A stretch of DNA of 64,000 nt, from positions 5,252 to 69,251 of the IMG/VR virus record IMGVR_UViG_3300025929_000016; one strand, given 5' to 3'. This document shows, piece by piece, positions 26,558 to 37,600 of this stretch. The notes beneath the pieces were generated by a model. It saw only the letters and a list, made by a program, of their open reading frames with translations. It had not been told where the DNA came from and did not search any database. Both the position numbers and the translations under genes were made by a program. The stretch is from a virus. Position 1 is the stretch's first letter; every line of letters begins with the position of its first letter.

Positions 26558-28285
26558 TTAACTCCTGTTGTCGCCGGGTTCAATGTGCATCAGCACTCGA
26601 CCCATTGTGTAATTGCCGTGGATATCATTGCTTGTGAAACGCAAGCGGATGGTGCGCCGCTGCTCACGCATATCAATCTTATCGGTTTCGCCGTCGAACA
26701 CATATGCTTGCTTGCTGGACACCTTGCCTTGAGCAGTCTCACTGCCGACCACTTCCAAGGACATCTTGCCGACCATGGCAAAGTCAGGTTCTACACGCAG
26801 CAGCCGCGTAGCAATGTTCTCGCCCATCGGCGCCTCTTGCATAGCGCCACCGGTTGGGAAACCAAAGTCCGAAGTTTCAAAGAAACTAGGGATTGCCAGT
26901 TGGTTATCACCCTGCACCTTGTTCTCGCCTACCTCATGCAGCCACATACTATGGAAGGACATGGCAAACGGAACAGTGGAAATAACGCCCGTACCGTTGG
27001 CATCCGTAGTGATAGTCTGGTTGATAACGAAAGCATTCTTGTCCAGCTTTTCCACGAACAATGTCTGACCCTGCACCTTGCGGATAACACCACGCGCACC
27101 GGCCACGGTCGTAATGACTTGACCAGACAGGTAGTTGCCTACCATGTTGTTCAGGCTGAACTTGATCAACGCCTTGTTAGCTGCGGCATCCGCAAGTACC
27201 GGATATCGGAAGACTTTGGCTGGCTCTCCCGCAGATCGACCAAGGGGAGTATCATACCAGCATTTCTCGCGAACGTTGTAGATAATAGCATGAGTACATT
27301 CGGTCGCGTCACCACGAGGATAATGCCACCAGATTTCACCAGCCGACGGAACCTTGGTCGCGAATACCTTCTGCCGTTGATCGTAATTAAGGTTCTCGAA
27401 GAAGTCTTCTCGATTGGTGTCATTGGGTACCTCCTGGATGTTGCCCGTATAGGCCAGGAAGCGGTCAATGCCGATCCAATAGAAAACACCATCGTATTCG
27501 ATTACACTGCTGGACGACAGGATACTAGCTGCATTGGAAACGGGATCGAACTTAAACACTGCTTGTCCACCGATGTACACCATTCGGATGACAGAATCCA
27601 GAGACCACAATAGACCCGACGGCGACTGACCTTGTCCACGAACTGGGAGACCTTTGACGATCTTGCTACCGGTCGCTCGGTTGGTGCCAGCATCCCCTGT
27701 CGTAAAGTTCCTAGGTTCGTTTTGGTTGCTCCACGAAACGAGACCGTCGGATCCATAACGAACGAGATAAGGGTGCAGCACGACAATGCCGCCACTGACA
27801 GCAGTATTATTTCCGATAGGGACCAGTTTGTCAACGCTGTTCGTATCACCGTAGTAAATCTCACCGTCGACTCCCGCGTCAATGTTAGACAGGTTGGGTG
27901 CAGCATGAGCAAGAATCAAAGACTTGTTGCTACCCGCCGCCGCATCGAACATTGTATCCACTTGCCAGAGGGCTTGCGGGTCGTTGACCCATGTGGCTGG
28001 AGTGCGATCTAGGATGTTGGCGCCGATACCGTTCTTATCCACCTGCACAGCTTCAATGCCGGAGGCGGAGAACGTGTTGATCTGCGTCATATCCTGACGG
28101 TTCCATACAAACATGGCCCTGACCGGGCCGTTGATGTTTGGAGTGATTTCGCGGTAGCCCTTCATCTTCTTGGGCTTGCCACGCTGAAAGCGTACCCAGA
28201 GGCCGTCAACATATCGGGGGCTGTCGAAGTTGGTGCCGTCGCGCTGGATACCCGGCTGCGTCGTAAGTGTGAAGACCTTGGACAT
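26558..28285 (-). CDS. tail nozzle / head-closure (packaged-DNA stabilisation) protein
   Basis: 575 aa beta-rich; PGIQRDGT...VRFQRGKP, EIWWHYP, YNVREKCWY; follows the adaptor gene. Confidence 0.7.
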   Translation of the reverse strand: MSKVFTLTTQPGIQRDGTNFDSPRYVDGLWVRFQRGKPKKMKGYREITPNINGPVRAMFVWNRQDMTQINTFSASGIEAVQVDKNGIGANILDRTPATWVNDPQALWQVDTMFDAAAGSNKSLILAHAAPNLSNIDAGVDGEIYYGDTNSVDKLVPIGNNTAVSGGIVVLHPYLVRYGSDGLVSWSNQNEPRNFTTGDAGTNRATGSKIVKGLPVRGQGQSPSGLLWSLDSVIRMVYIGGQAVFKFDPVSNAASILSSSSVIEYDGVFYWIGIDRFLAYTGNIQEVPNDTNREDFFENLNYDQRQKVFATKVPSAGEIWWHYPRGDATECTHAIIYNVREKCWYDTPLGRSAGEPAKVFRYPVLADAAANKALIKFSLNNMVGNYLSGQVITTVAGARGVIRKVQGQTLFVEKLDKNAFVINQTITTDANGTGVISTVPFAMSFHSMWLHEVGENKVQGDNQLAIPSFFETSDFGFPTGGAMQEAPMGENIATRLLRVEPDFAMVGKMSLEVVGSETAQGKVSSKQAYVFDGETDKIDMREQRRTIRLRFTSNDIHGNYTMGRVLMHIEPGDNRS

Positions 28286-28920
28286 TAAGCCTCCCGCAGA
28301 CCGGCCGACGCATCAAAGGTGCGGCGTTGTGCTTCTGCGGCCAGCGCAGCTACGATCTCATCGTACATGCTCTTGTAGAGGGCCACACGTGCGTCGTTCT
28401 TCAGCCACGGTTGCGCTTGCAGCAGGGTAGCGTACAGGATAAGTTGCGGCGCGTTCTGAGTCGTCCAGTTGACTTGGTCAGAAGGACTCAGCGGGCTTGG
28501 CCGCTCATAGTAGCGCAGCTCAAATGGATAAGCGTCTGCCGGTGCCGGGGCAATAAGGAAATGTTCCGCCGTATAGTCAGCATAGTAGCGCGGCTCGCCC
28601 TGGGAAGTGTCATCCGGAGAAAGACGACGGCAGAACTCGTAAGTGCGCAGGAACGCATGCGCCCGCTTGCGGCCATTGGAGTAATTGAAGCTGACGGACT
28701 CGCGCCAGCGGATAGGCTTCTGGAAGGCAGATTCGCCCTTGGTCATCTTGCCGGACACAACCTTAATCATGCCCAGACCGCGCACCTTGGTCGCTATATC
28801 ATTCTCGGCAAGCATGATGAACCGTGGAATCTGGTTGACGAACTCTTCGTCATCCCGCTCTGCGTAGAGAACTACATCCTTGCAGAGGCTGTCATAGGTC
28901 ATTGCGGCAGCGTTATTCAT
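28285..28920 (-). CDS. head-tail adaptor-like protein
   Basis: MTYDSL...IPRFIMLAE...GEPRYYA...APAPADAY...LILYATL pattern. Confidence 0.7.
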   Translation of the reverse strand: MNNAAAMTYDSLCKDVVLYAERDDEEFVNQIPRFIMLAENDIATKVRGLGMIKVVSGKMTKGESAFQKPIRWRESVSFNYSNGRKRAHAFLRTYEFCRRLSPDDTSQGEPRYYADYTAEHFLIAPAPADAYPFELRYYERPSPLSPSDQVNWTTQNAPQLILYATLLQAQPWLKNDARVALYKSMYDEIVAALAAEAQRRTFDASAGLREA

Positions 28921-29240
28921 AGCGGAATGTATCCTCCAGGTATTGACTTTAGACGGTTGCTTTTGCCCAAGTCTACCACGGAAATGTTGCCTGCACCAAA
29001 CATTTTATCGGTGCCGCTGAACTGGATAGTCAGGGTATTGGCCGCAGCGCCTTTTACAATGATGAACTCTTTACCATTCCTTGCAGCAGGTAAGGTAACA
29101 GTGATATTGCCTGATGCAGTATCAGCGAGAATAATATTATCATTGTAATTAGCAGAATACGATTGGCTAACCCGCCTGACCTGCATGCTCGCCTGGATCT
29201 GGTCAATCGTGTCTTGGGTGACGAGTTGTTCATTATCCAC
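28917..29240 (-). CDS. small tail-fibre-like protein
   Basis: ADTASGNITVTLPAA module also found in fibre proteins. Confidence 0.5.
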   Translation of the reverse strand: MDNEQLVTQDTIDQIQASMQVRRVSQSYSANYNDNIILADTASGNITVTLPAARNGKEFIIVKGAAANTLTIQFSGTDKMFGAGNISVVDLGKSNRLKSIPGGYIPL

Positions 29241-29751
29241 TATTCTTCTCGCCTAGCAGTTCGGTTTTCCGGGCGCTGCCTTTCGTGGAGCCAAAGTAGT
29301 AGGCACAGATCTGCTCAGCCTTTGCCGACAAGTAACCAACCAGAGTGCCAGTAAGCGCAGAGTCAACAGTAGCATACCCGAGCAGAGAAGCGGCCACCAT
29401 AACAAGGAAACCGCCAACGATACTATAAGCGAGAACAGTGTTGGTTGAGTCCTTGACCTGTATCTGGCGATTGCGAGCTGAATCGACGTCTTTGACATAC
29501 AGAGCCTCCATTGCTTCAGCGTTGGCAAAACCAAGCTCCTGCATTTTGGCAGAGAAGTTTTGGTCAGCCAGTTTCATCGCCATCATTTGGTCAGGTGTCA
29601 CTCCTTGCAGTGCGGCTTTGATGCCAGCTTCCGTCTTGTCAGACAGGCCGAGGGCGTCTGCAATGGCCCCAACAGCCGCGCCACCTAGCGGGCCACCAAG
29701 GGCCGTGCCGAGCCATGGAGCGACCGTGGCAACAACATTCTTCCAGTCCAT
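29233..29751 (-). CDS. holin-like membrane protein (3TM/GTA-holin-like)
   Basis: APWLGTALGGPLGG, DVDSARNRQ, two C-terminal TM segments, YYFGS; adjacent to the lysin. Confidence 0.65.
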   Translation of the reverse strand: MDWKNVVATVAPWLGTALGGPLGGAAVGAIADALGLSDKTEAGIKAALQGVTPDQMMAMKLADQNFSAKMQELGFANAEAMEALYVKDVDSARNRQIQVKDSTNTVLAYSIVGGFLVMVAASLLGYATVDSALTGTLVGYLSAKAEQICAYYFGSTKGSARKTELLGEKNSG

Positions 29752-30239
29752 TATTTCAGCTCCTCGATAAAGCGGGTAGTCACGTCAAACAACCGTGCGC
29801 CCCAACCATTCTTGGAGTTCTCATAGGCGGGCGCTTCAGCCATGGTTTTAAACCGGCTGACGAAAACTAAACGAGCTATATCTTTTGATGGTCGGGCCGC
29901 AATAAGGGCCAAGGTCTTGGGACCGATGATACCGTCAGGCAGGGCGCCGACAGCTTTCTGCATTGCTTTGGCTGCTGCACCTACACCACTGTTGACGCCG
30001 AAGTCGAACACAAATTCAGCCAGTGCTGGATCCAGCTTGTCACACTTCAGGTAGCACCAGAAGTCTTTGAAGTATATGTCTTCCGCACGTTCGCGGGTCA
30101 GGTTCTTGATGTCTTCGCCAGGATAAGAACGCTTGCTGATACCGTACTTAGTCTCACCGCCTGGATCGGCCGGATTGTTGACATATCCTCCTTCAATACC
30201 AATTACGTTAGCGAAAACTTGTTGAAAGAGGCTTGGCAT
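29751..30239 (-). CDS. endolysin, glycoside hydrolase family 108
   Basis: EGGYVNNPADPGGETKYGIS, FDFGVNSG, DGIIGPKT. Confidence 0.93.
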   Translation of the reverse strand: MPSLFQQVFANVIGIEGGYVNNPADPGGETKYGISKRSYPGEDIKNLTRERAEDIYFKDFWCYLKCDKLDPALAEFVFDFGVNSGVGAAAKAMQKAVGALPDGIIGPKTLALIAARPSKDIARLVFVSRFKTMAEAPAYENSKNGWGARLFDVTTRFIEELK

Positions 30240-30241
30240 CG

Positions 30242-30628
30242 TTAATGTCCTATAATGTTTCGCACCGAGTTGGTGGCTGACAGTGCGTATTGTATGATTC
30301 CACCCATTGCGACAACCGCAACGACGATGGTTGTTATCCGTACCCACATTGTGTCGACCTTGTGAGACAGTCTTTCTATTTCAATCTTTGTTGCAAATTC
30401 TTTTGACAGTTCGGCTTTATGTGCTTCACGCCGGGCTTCTTCCGCTGACAGTTGCTTTTCAACAGCAGAGGCCAATGAGTTGATTTGCAGCTTTATGTCA
30501 CTGAAGCCTTCCTTCGTTGCGCGTTCCGTACTTTCTATTCGGTTCGCCATAGCGTCGATCTTTTGATTCATGGTGGCCCTATCCGCCATCAGCATCGCTT
30601 CGGCTTCAGTGTACAATTTTTCGGTCAT
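30242..30628 (-). CDS. coiled-coil protein with C-terminal TM helix (lysis cassette, holin/XhlA-like)
   Basis: Heptad region followed by ITTIVVAVVAMGGIIQYAL; directly upstream of the lysin. Confidence 0.55.
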   Translation of the reverse strand: MTEKLYTEAEAMLMADRATMNQKIDAMANRIESTERATKEGFSDIKLQINSLASAVEKQLSAEEARREAHKAELSKEFATKIEIERLSHKVDTMWVRITTIVVAVVAMGGIIQYALSATNSVRNIIGH

Positions 30629-30672
30629 TTGGTGTCCCGGAGGTGGTAGTTTGGCATCGGAAAATATGACCC

Positions 30673-30700
30673 ATACTACCATAAGTTTGCCTGTAGGCAA
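30673..30700 (-). promoter_or_regulatory. promoter of lysis cassette with TTGC-N6-GCAA box
   Basis: TTGCCT-N16-TAGTAT with extended TG; box at 30687-30700. Confidence 0.6.
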
Positions 30701-30734
30701 ATACTTACATTGTTTGTAAGCAACCGCCTACAAA

Positions 30735-31385
30735 TCAATCGCCGCCAGTCCCTCCTCCTGGATTAATGCCATTCTGCGAATTGCAAGAAGGCGAGTTGTA
30801 TTCCATCTCCTGCGTATAATTTCCACCGCTGCCATTAGCGAAAACGCCCATGAGCGAGTAGAAAGATATGCTTCCGTCACCGCCTGCGCTGATCGGTTGG
30901 CAGTACGTATAGAGCAGTGTCCCGTAGGCTGGATATGGCACAAATCCACACTGAGTACTGTTGTAAGCGAGTGGTGAAGCAAACTCGCCACGATTACCAT
31001 CTGCGAATACGCCAACGAGAGTAGTTCCATCGCAATACTGCCGCAACAGGGTTCCGTAGGGCGTCGGTGCTACGTATCCGCACGTTGGACTATTGAATTC
31101 GATAACGTTAGAATACGAACCGCCGTAGCCGTCCGCGTAGGTCTCAAACAAGTTGACATCATTGCAGTAGCGGCCAAGCGGCGTCCCACGTGCCGGGTAG
31201 ACCGGCGGAGGAGGCGGTGGTGGCGTCACAGCAACGGACTTACCCCGCAGTTGCCCAAGGGTAATAGGGCCACTCGGGACGCCAGCCAAGGCTCGGCAAC
31301 GGGCATCGCCGATGGTCAGCGGCAGACCGATACCTAGCTCGGTCGCCACATTCCCTAACGTGATGTTACCGGTTGGCGTAGTCAT
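30735..31385 (-). CDS. tail-fibre tip adhesin-like protein with three Cys-containing repeats
   Basis: N-terminal GNITLGNVATELG...RALAGVPSGPITLGQLRGKS attachment-type domain, poly-Pro linker, 3 x (GTLLxxYC...ADGxGG...NSxxC). Confidence 0.6.
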   Translation of the reverse strand: MTTPTGNITLGNVATELGIGLPLTIGDARCRALAGVPSGPITLGQLRGKSVAVTPPPPPPPVYPARGTPLGRYCNDVNLFETYADGYGGSYSNVIEFNSPTCGYVAPTPYGTLLRQYCDGTTLVGVFADGNRGEFASPLAYNSTQCGFVPYPAYGTLLYTYCQPISAGGDGSISFYSLMGVFANGSGGNYTQEMEYNSPSCNSQNGINPGGGTGGD

Positions 31386-33352
31386 TACTCGAGTTCCTTA
31401 ATACGAGCTTCCAGTTGCAGGATGCGCTTTGCCAGCTCCACAACAGAAACAGCCGCAAAACCGCCATGATGTACAGTGTAGAACCTATCGTCATCCACAT
31501 GCACAGCACGAGGAAGAAACTTGGCAAGCGACTGAGCGCCAACACCAAGACCGTGACCGCCATCGATCCAGTCAAACATGCCGTACTTCTCGATGCCTGC
31601 AAGCGACTCGACATAGTTCTCTGGCAACTGCGACCAGTTCTTTTTCTGCCTTTCATCTGACATTTCCATCACAACAGAAGCACGGAATGGGCCGTAGTTG
31701 TCGCCGCCTGCATTCGTTACTTCCATCCAGTTGTCAGCAGCAAGACGGATCTGCGCGGCGACGCGACCTGCCCAATGGAACGCCAGCGATGGAGGGACAC
31801 CTGCTTGCGCTCCCGCGAAATCGCCTTCACGAATCTGGATACGTTCAGTGTACGCCAGTGTGGTATTACCACCGGCCAATGCCCATTGACCTGGGACACC
31901 GGTCTTTACCGATTGATCGTTACGTGCTGGAGTGTACCCCAGAGCATTCGTCACCATACTACCGTTGATGCCAGTGATGAAACCGGCAGGATTGCTGGCG
32001 TTGTAAGGTGTGAAGTTCAGCTTCGGCTGCGCACCCAGAGCAGTGAGTGCATCCGCTGCCGTAGTAGCGCCCGTACCACCAGCAGCGATAGCCAATGGGC
32101 CAGTAGGCGCAGGAGTTGTCGGACCACCAGTGCCTTCAAAGGTACCAATGAACTTTGTCGCCCGCACCACACCACGGAAGTTAGCTTCGTCAGGCGAGAC
32201 AGTAAGACCAGGAAAGCCTCCAGTGGCGATACCTACCGTATTCGTGCCGGCCCGATACAGACCAGTGTCGCTGTCGCTGGAGAAGTTGATGGAAGGCGCA
32301 CCAGCAGAGCCGTCGATGATGGACACGTTGCTGCCGATAGAGGCAGATTGCGCGGCGACCACGTTCACACCGTCGCAGTACGTGATAACACGGTCGGTAT
32401 TGTTGAACACGACGCCGGTACCGTCAACAGTCTTTAGAGTCAACGTGCGCTGGCCGTTGTAGCTGTTCTGCAGATAGTAGATCGCCACGACCGATGGAAC
32501 AATGACGGTCACGTTGGTAGCCGGAGTGCCGGTGAACTGGAGCAGCTTGCTGGAAGCTTCTGCCGCTGTCAGCGTGAAGGTGCCGCCAGCCGATACATCC
32601 TTGACCAGCTTGGTAAATTGGAATTGAGTGCTGCGACCATAGCCAATGGTGTAGAAGGCATCACCAGAACAGAACACAAAGACAGACTCGTTCGGCGAGA
32701 GCGCCAGAGAAGCGAGGCCATCAATCTTTTCGTTCGACTGCGGTTGGAGCGTGACGGTGCCTTCTCCGCTGTTGCGTTGAGCGTAGAAGAAGTTGTTGCC
32801 GAGACTGTCAGCAGCCGGAAGATTGATAACAGTGCTGCCGCCAATGTTCGTAATGACCTGTGCGCGGTTATCTTTGGTGATGTTGTAGTTGCTGGAGTTA
32901 ACCGTAACCCGCAGCCCGAGGTTTAGCACGTTGTTGCCTGCTACCAACCCCCTACCCGCCAGCGCCGCAGCGTCTGCGCCCGAGGTACCAGCGCCGAATG
33001 TAATGCTGCGCCACATGCCGCCAGTCGTCCCATTGTCGATCAGCCACACATATTTAGCCGCGCCGGGTAGAACAGTGGTGATTTCATTGCCAGCCGTATC
33101 AGCAATTGCAAAGGCTCGCGTGCCCGTATTGTGGAACAGTGCATCCATGCCAAGCGATACCTGAGCAGCAGCCGGGAGCCGCATCTGCAGATTGTCTGCG
33201 AGGGCTTCGACCGAGTTGATTGCCGCGATGTAGTTGTCGCCTTGATAGTTGCTAGGCCAAGCGAATTGCGTGGTCGCATTCAGGGTGATGTAGCGGTAGG
33301 ACTCCCCTGCCGGTGCGACTGTCTTGTTGCCGAGTACGTTGCTGTAGTTCAT
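31385..33352 (-). CDS. tail fibre with C-terminal intramolecular chaperone (peptidase S74-like)
   Basis: GSAGAPSINFSSDSDTGLY, GGTGATTAADALTALG, SDERQKKN, GVGAQ, terminal coiled coil. Confidence 0.85.
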   Translation of the reverse strand: MNYSNVLGNKTVAPAGESYRYITLNATTQFAWPSNYQGDNYIAAINSVEALADNLQMRLPAAAQVSLGMDALFHNTGTRAFAIADTAGNEITTVLPGAAKYVWLIDNGTTGGMWRSITFGAGTSGADAAALAGRGLVAGNNVLNLGLRVTVNSSNYNITKDNRAQVITNIGGSTVINLPAADSLGNNFFYAQRNSGEGTVTLQPQSNEKIDGLASLALSPNESVFVFCSGDAFYTIGYGRSTQFQFTKLVKDVSAGGTFTLTAAEASSKLLQFTGTPATNVTVIVPSVVAIYYLQNSYNGQRTLTLKTVDGTGVVFNNTDRVITYCDGVNVVAAQSASIGSNVSIIDGSAGAPSINFSSDSDTGLYRAGTNTVGIATGGFPGLTVSPDEANFRGVVRATKFIGTFEGTGGPTTPAPTGPLAIAAGGTGATTAADALTALGAQPKLNFTPYNASNPAGFITGINGSMVTNALGYTPARNDQSVKTGVPGQWALAGGNTTLAYTERIQIREGDFAGAQAGVPPSLAFHWAGRVAAQIRLAADNWMEVTNAGGDNYGPFRASVVMEMSDERQKKNWSQLPENYVESLAGIEKYGMFDWIDGGHGLGVGAQSLAKFLPRAVHVDDDRFYTVHHGGFAAVSVVELAKRILQLEARIKELE

Positions 33353-33573
33353 TGTAGATCCTCTTCCGGTCGTGGGTACCGCAATGTTATGATTTCAGTT
33401 TTCCGTGGTGGCAGGTCATGCGGGCTACGCATGTCTTGATCCGCTTTGCACACGCGCAAGGCCGGATTCTGGCGATCCACGACCAGTTCGTCGTATGGGA
33501 ACTTCATATGACAACGGTCGCATATTGCGACCGCTGCTGTACGATTCCCTCTTGTATCGAGGAAGAGTGGCAT
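33349..33573 (-). CDS. small conserved virion-module protein
   Basis: AICDRC...LRVC...LRYPRP; coupled to both neighbours. Confidence 0.65.
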   Translation of the reverse strand: MPLFLDTRGNRTAAVAICDRCHMKFPYDELVVDRQNPALRVCKADQDMRSPHDLPPRKTEIITLRYPRPEEDLQ

Positions 33574-34667
33574 TAGCGTGTGTACCCTGAAATGTTGGGA
33601 AGAATCCGCAACGGTGCGCCGTCAGATTCACCAAGTTCAGCTTCCCTAAGCGCAGTGTCGGCTTGGCTTGAACATAGAGCGATGCGGTTGTCCTGGATGC
33701 CTGGGAGTTCGAATGCCATGTTCTTTGCCAGCATCCAGATGATACATTCAAACCATCGCTCCGGAATTTCCAGCTTAGAAAGCAGACTACCTACGTCCTG
33801 GACTTGGCGCTGCCGAGTAAGAACCAATACGTCTCTCGTATTGCTCGGTACGGGCCACAAGGTCATTATAGGGTTTATCTGCTTCTCATACAAGTAATTA
33901 AGTGGCCTGCCGGCAATATTTTTGTTGCCTATAGCCACGTAATCATCTCGGTTGTACGGTTGCATGGTCTGTTCGCTGTAGTCAGCCGCCAGCACGTACT
34001 GCTCGCTGTAGAACGCCACGCCACCAAGTTCACGCAGACGGTATTCCGTAGCCTCAACCGGGCGCTCAATATCTTGCCAGACCCACATGCCAATGGAACC
34101 AACAACGTTGAAACGCTTCAGTTCATTCCAAGCACCAGCAGCGTTCTTGTACTCAAAAGCCACGCTGAAATTGCCAGGAACACGGAGCAGGAAACCAACG
34201 CTGCGCACCGTGGCCGGTTGCGGCAGAACAGCAGCTTTGAGAGCTGCGACGTTCGTCCAGACCGGAGCCAATGGTTCGTTGGAACGATACCGGGCTTCGA
34301 TAATACCAACCGTGCCAGCAGGCATGCGGTACTGCGCCTGATTCAAGTACAGTGGCACGATGACTTGTTCCAGGCACCACAGATTAACACCACGATTGAT
34401 CATGGATGCAAGAATGAGGTACAGGTTATCGTAGGCGGAGTCCAGTTGCTCAGGCGTCAGGGTTGACGCACTGGCACCGGCCCGGCGCACGGCATGCTCG
34501 ATGACCTTGATGGTATCGATAACAGTGAAGCCCACCGTACCACTGTTGGGTACGATGTCAATAGGTGATGGAGTGACCGTACCGCCGGAACCCGGCGGAG
34601 GATTCACTACGGTACCACCGCCCGAAGGCGGAGGAGTGGTCGTATCAAGTTTTGCAACGACGGTCAT
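33573..34667 (-). CDS. head-tail connector/adaptor-like protein
   Basis: IEHAVRRAG, NRGVNLW, GRPLNY, LWPVP, EIPERW...LA motifs. Confidence 0.65.
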   Translation of the reverse strand: MTVVAKLDTTTPPPSGGGTVVNPPPGSGGTVTPSPIDIVPNSGTVGFTVIDTIKVIEHAVRRAGASASTLTPEQLDSAYDNLYLILASMINRGVNLWCLEQVIVPLYLNQAQYRMPAGTVGIIEARYRSNEPLAPVWTNVAALKAAVLPQPATVRSVGFLLRVPGNFSVAFEYKNAAGAWNELKRFNVVGSIGMWVWQDIERPVEATEYRLRELGGVAFYSEQYVLAADYSEQTMQPYNRDDYVAIGNKNIAGRPLNYLYEKQINPIMTLWPVPSNTRDVLVLTRQRQVQDVGSLLSKLEIPERWFECIIWMLAKNMAFELPGIQDNRIALCSSQADTALREAELGESDGAPLRILPNISGYTR

Positions 34668-34676
34668 GGTTTTCCT

Positions 34677-37600
34677 TTAGATTGGCAAGATGCCGGTGCC
34701 ATTGAGAGTCAATGTTTCGACTTCGCCGGTGCTTTGGGTGACGCTGGAGCCATTGGCTGTTGCAATGAAGCGGTACTTCACTTTGCCGATGGTCGCTGGC
34801 CGCTGCATCGTCATCGTGCCGTTTTTCTGTGGCATGTTGAATGGGCCTTGTGAATTGCCGCTTGGCTGCGGGTCGATATAGTACACGACCGTCGCTGCGA
34901 CGTCATTCTGCGTGTTGGCGTTGACCGTTACTTTGGCAACGTTGCCAGACAGGATGCTTTCGTTCGGCGTAGCAATGCTGAGGGTTGGCGGTGGGAACGG
35001 GTTGTTCTCCGTTGGCGGAGGCGTATCGCTCGCGTTGCCCACACCACCAGTATCGTACAGTAGACCACCAGCGCCAGCAATTTCAAACGACGCCATGCCG
35101 GGGATCGGATTTGTACCACCGCCGTTCGTTAGCGTACCTGTGGCGTTGTATTTGCCGGGGAAGATACGGTCAATGTCCAGCGTAGCCAGTCCAGGACTGA
35201 GTACAAGGGGAACCGGTCCGACTGCCTGCGCACCAGTAGATCCTTCTTGCGGCGTTAGCGTAACCATGCCCGACGTTGGGCTATTGGTAGTGGTGATGGA
35301 GTAGCGGCGAGTTGCACCGTCAGTTTCCTGGACAGTGATGGTACCAGTTGCCAGCGGAGTAGCCGGAGTGCGTTGGAATGCACCAGCATCAGGCATCGTT
35401 CCACGGTTGTTACCGTTCGCATCGTTCCGGGAGATCGAGAACTGCGACGCACCGTTGATCATCTTCGACCCTGCCGCAGGACGAGCGTCGTTGGCCGATT
35501 CGAAGAACTGACCTGGCGAGTAGATAATCTTCGCGCCCTCATCGAACGTCGTTGGTGTGTCGGTGTAGTTGTGATCGCCACCACCGCCAGCAGTCGACGG
35601 AGTGCCGCCGCATTGCGAGAAGATGTTATCCTGGATGAACGCACCGTTGCCGGTGATTGCCGCATTGCCAGCACCCGCACCGCGACGCTTGAACGTGTTG
35701 CGTTTGACATTACCGCTGAAGCTGTTGAGGATACCGCCAGCATCTGCTCCGTCGTGGATAACAAGATTGTCTTCCATAACGAAACCGTTGGCGTATTCAC
35801 CAGTAACAATCGGCTTGACGCTCGAAGTGGACAGCATCCGGTTTGCACGGATACCGCAGGCATCACCACCTTGGCCCCAACCGTCGCGACGGAAGACCCA
35901 ACTACCCGCCGTTTGGATAACGTTGAAGCCTTCGATATACAGTCCAACCTTGACGCGAGAGTCGCCATTCAGCAAGATTTTGATGCCTTGGCTGATTGCG
36001 GTCACGTTGCCTGGAGCGTTGTCAGCTTCGATATCGCTGTAGCCCATGCCTGGATATGGACGCATGTAACCGACATTGTTCGTGTCCGACCAGCCGGGGC
36101 CGATCTGCTGATTGGTCAGGTCGATGTCCTTACGGCACAGAACGACGAATGGGCCGTTGTCCGTAAGCAACGTGCTTTGACTTCCTGTCCATGCAGCAAC
36201 TTGCGTTGCATTGGTGAAATCGTCGCCCGGTTGGTCACCGTAGATCATCACACGGTATCCTGGGATAACCGGCTTAGGCTGTGCGCCAGCGGCCAGCGGC
36301 GTAACCGGGGCCGAGGCAGACGATGGATCAGACGAGTTGATAACGTTACGAGCGCGCACCGTGTACGTGACAGGTGAGCCGTTGGTTGCCGCCAGCGTAG
36401 CAGGAGGCGCAGCGACCGTGACCGTATGGCCGTCGGAACCGAGAACAGTGTAGTCCAGGATTGGCTTGCCGCCATCGCTGGAAGGCGCAGACCAGTTGAC
36501 AGACACAGTACCATCGCCCGCCGTAGCAACAACGTTGCCCGGTGGATTCGGCTTTGTTGAAGCATCCACAATCGGTGCCGTGCCGGACGCTTGCGTAGTG
36601 AACACAAACGGTTGGGACATCGGGCCGAAACCGATCTGGCTGTAGGCACGAGCAGTGAGCGTGTACGTGGTATTCGGATTCAGATTGACCAGCTTGGCAC
36701 CGTCGACGCTAACGTCAAAGAACTGACCTACGTCCTGGGCCGTGCCTGGAGTGATATTAAATTCTATACTCTCAGTCGTACCACCATTCGCCGCTGGCAC
36801 TTGATAGTTGACTTGATAGGTATCTTGTGACGTGCTGGCTTTCACAATGCTGGTAATCACAACCGGGCCGGGAGCTTGTGCAACTGGAGCAGAGTAGGTG
36901 CGAACGATCTGGTAAGGTGCGCCAGAGAGCGAAGCCAGCGTGGATGCCGACACAGAGCTTGTGGAGTGTGCGTACATTTCCAGCAGCAGACCCTGTTGCC
37001 AGTCGCCACGGAATTGCTCACAACCAAGCATTTCACCACCAGCAAAGCTGATTTCTTGCGAGTTCATTGAAACCGCAGCATTGCCGTTGACCGAAATAGC
37101 CGACGTACCGTCTTGATAGCGAGTAACCGCAATGACGTTCTTGCCGAAAGAAATCTGGTTTTCGATCAGTGCCAACTGTATGATGTTCGGCACTGCAACG
37201 TCGACCTTCAGTTGCGGAGTGATTGTTATCTTGAGGCCTTCTTTGACATAACCGCTTTGCGAGTTAGCTGAGGCTGACCAGATATGCATGTTGTTGCCGA
37301 TATCTGAAGGCACTTCGAAAGCAAACACTCGCGTGAACGTGGGATTGTTCAACCCGTTCTGCGAAGCATCTGCCGTGAACCGTGCAGAGGTTGTGCTGTA
37401 CAAGATATTCCACGAATCGGAATCTTCCGACAACAGACCCGCGTCGCCGTTGTAGACGAGATCTTGTTGCGCACGGCCGAAGCTCGTGTGGCCCATGCCG
37501 GTAGATCCCAACACCCAGACCATCGGGCTTGGAAGCAATGTGTTTGTGGTATCGATGGCAATAGGTGTCTCTGGGCGACCGGCACTGTCTGCACCATCAC

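Noticed and set aside
26555-27613. Long plus-strand ORFs (also 22756-23625, 35373-36377, 41718-42584, 49097-49930, 51954-53033) and minus-strand 54581-55513
   Set aside because: Antisense shadows of well-supported genes, expected from codon bias; no RBS or motifs.
30735-33352. Diversity-generating retroelement or invertible tail-fibre cassette
   Set aside because: No reverse transcriptase, invertase, or template/variable repeat pair visible in the window.
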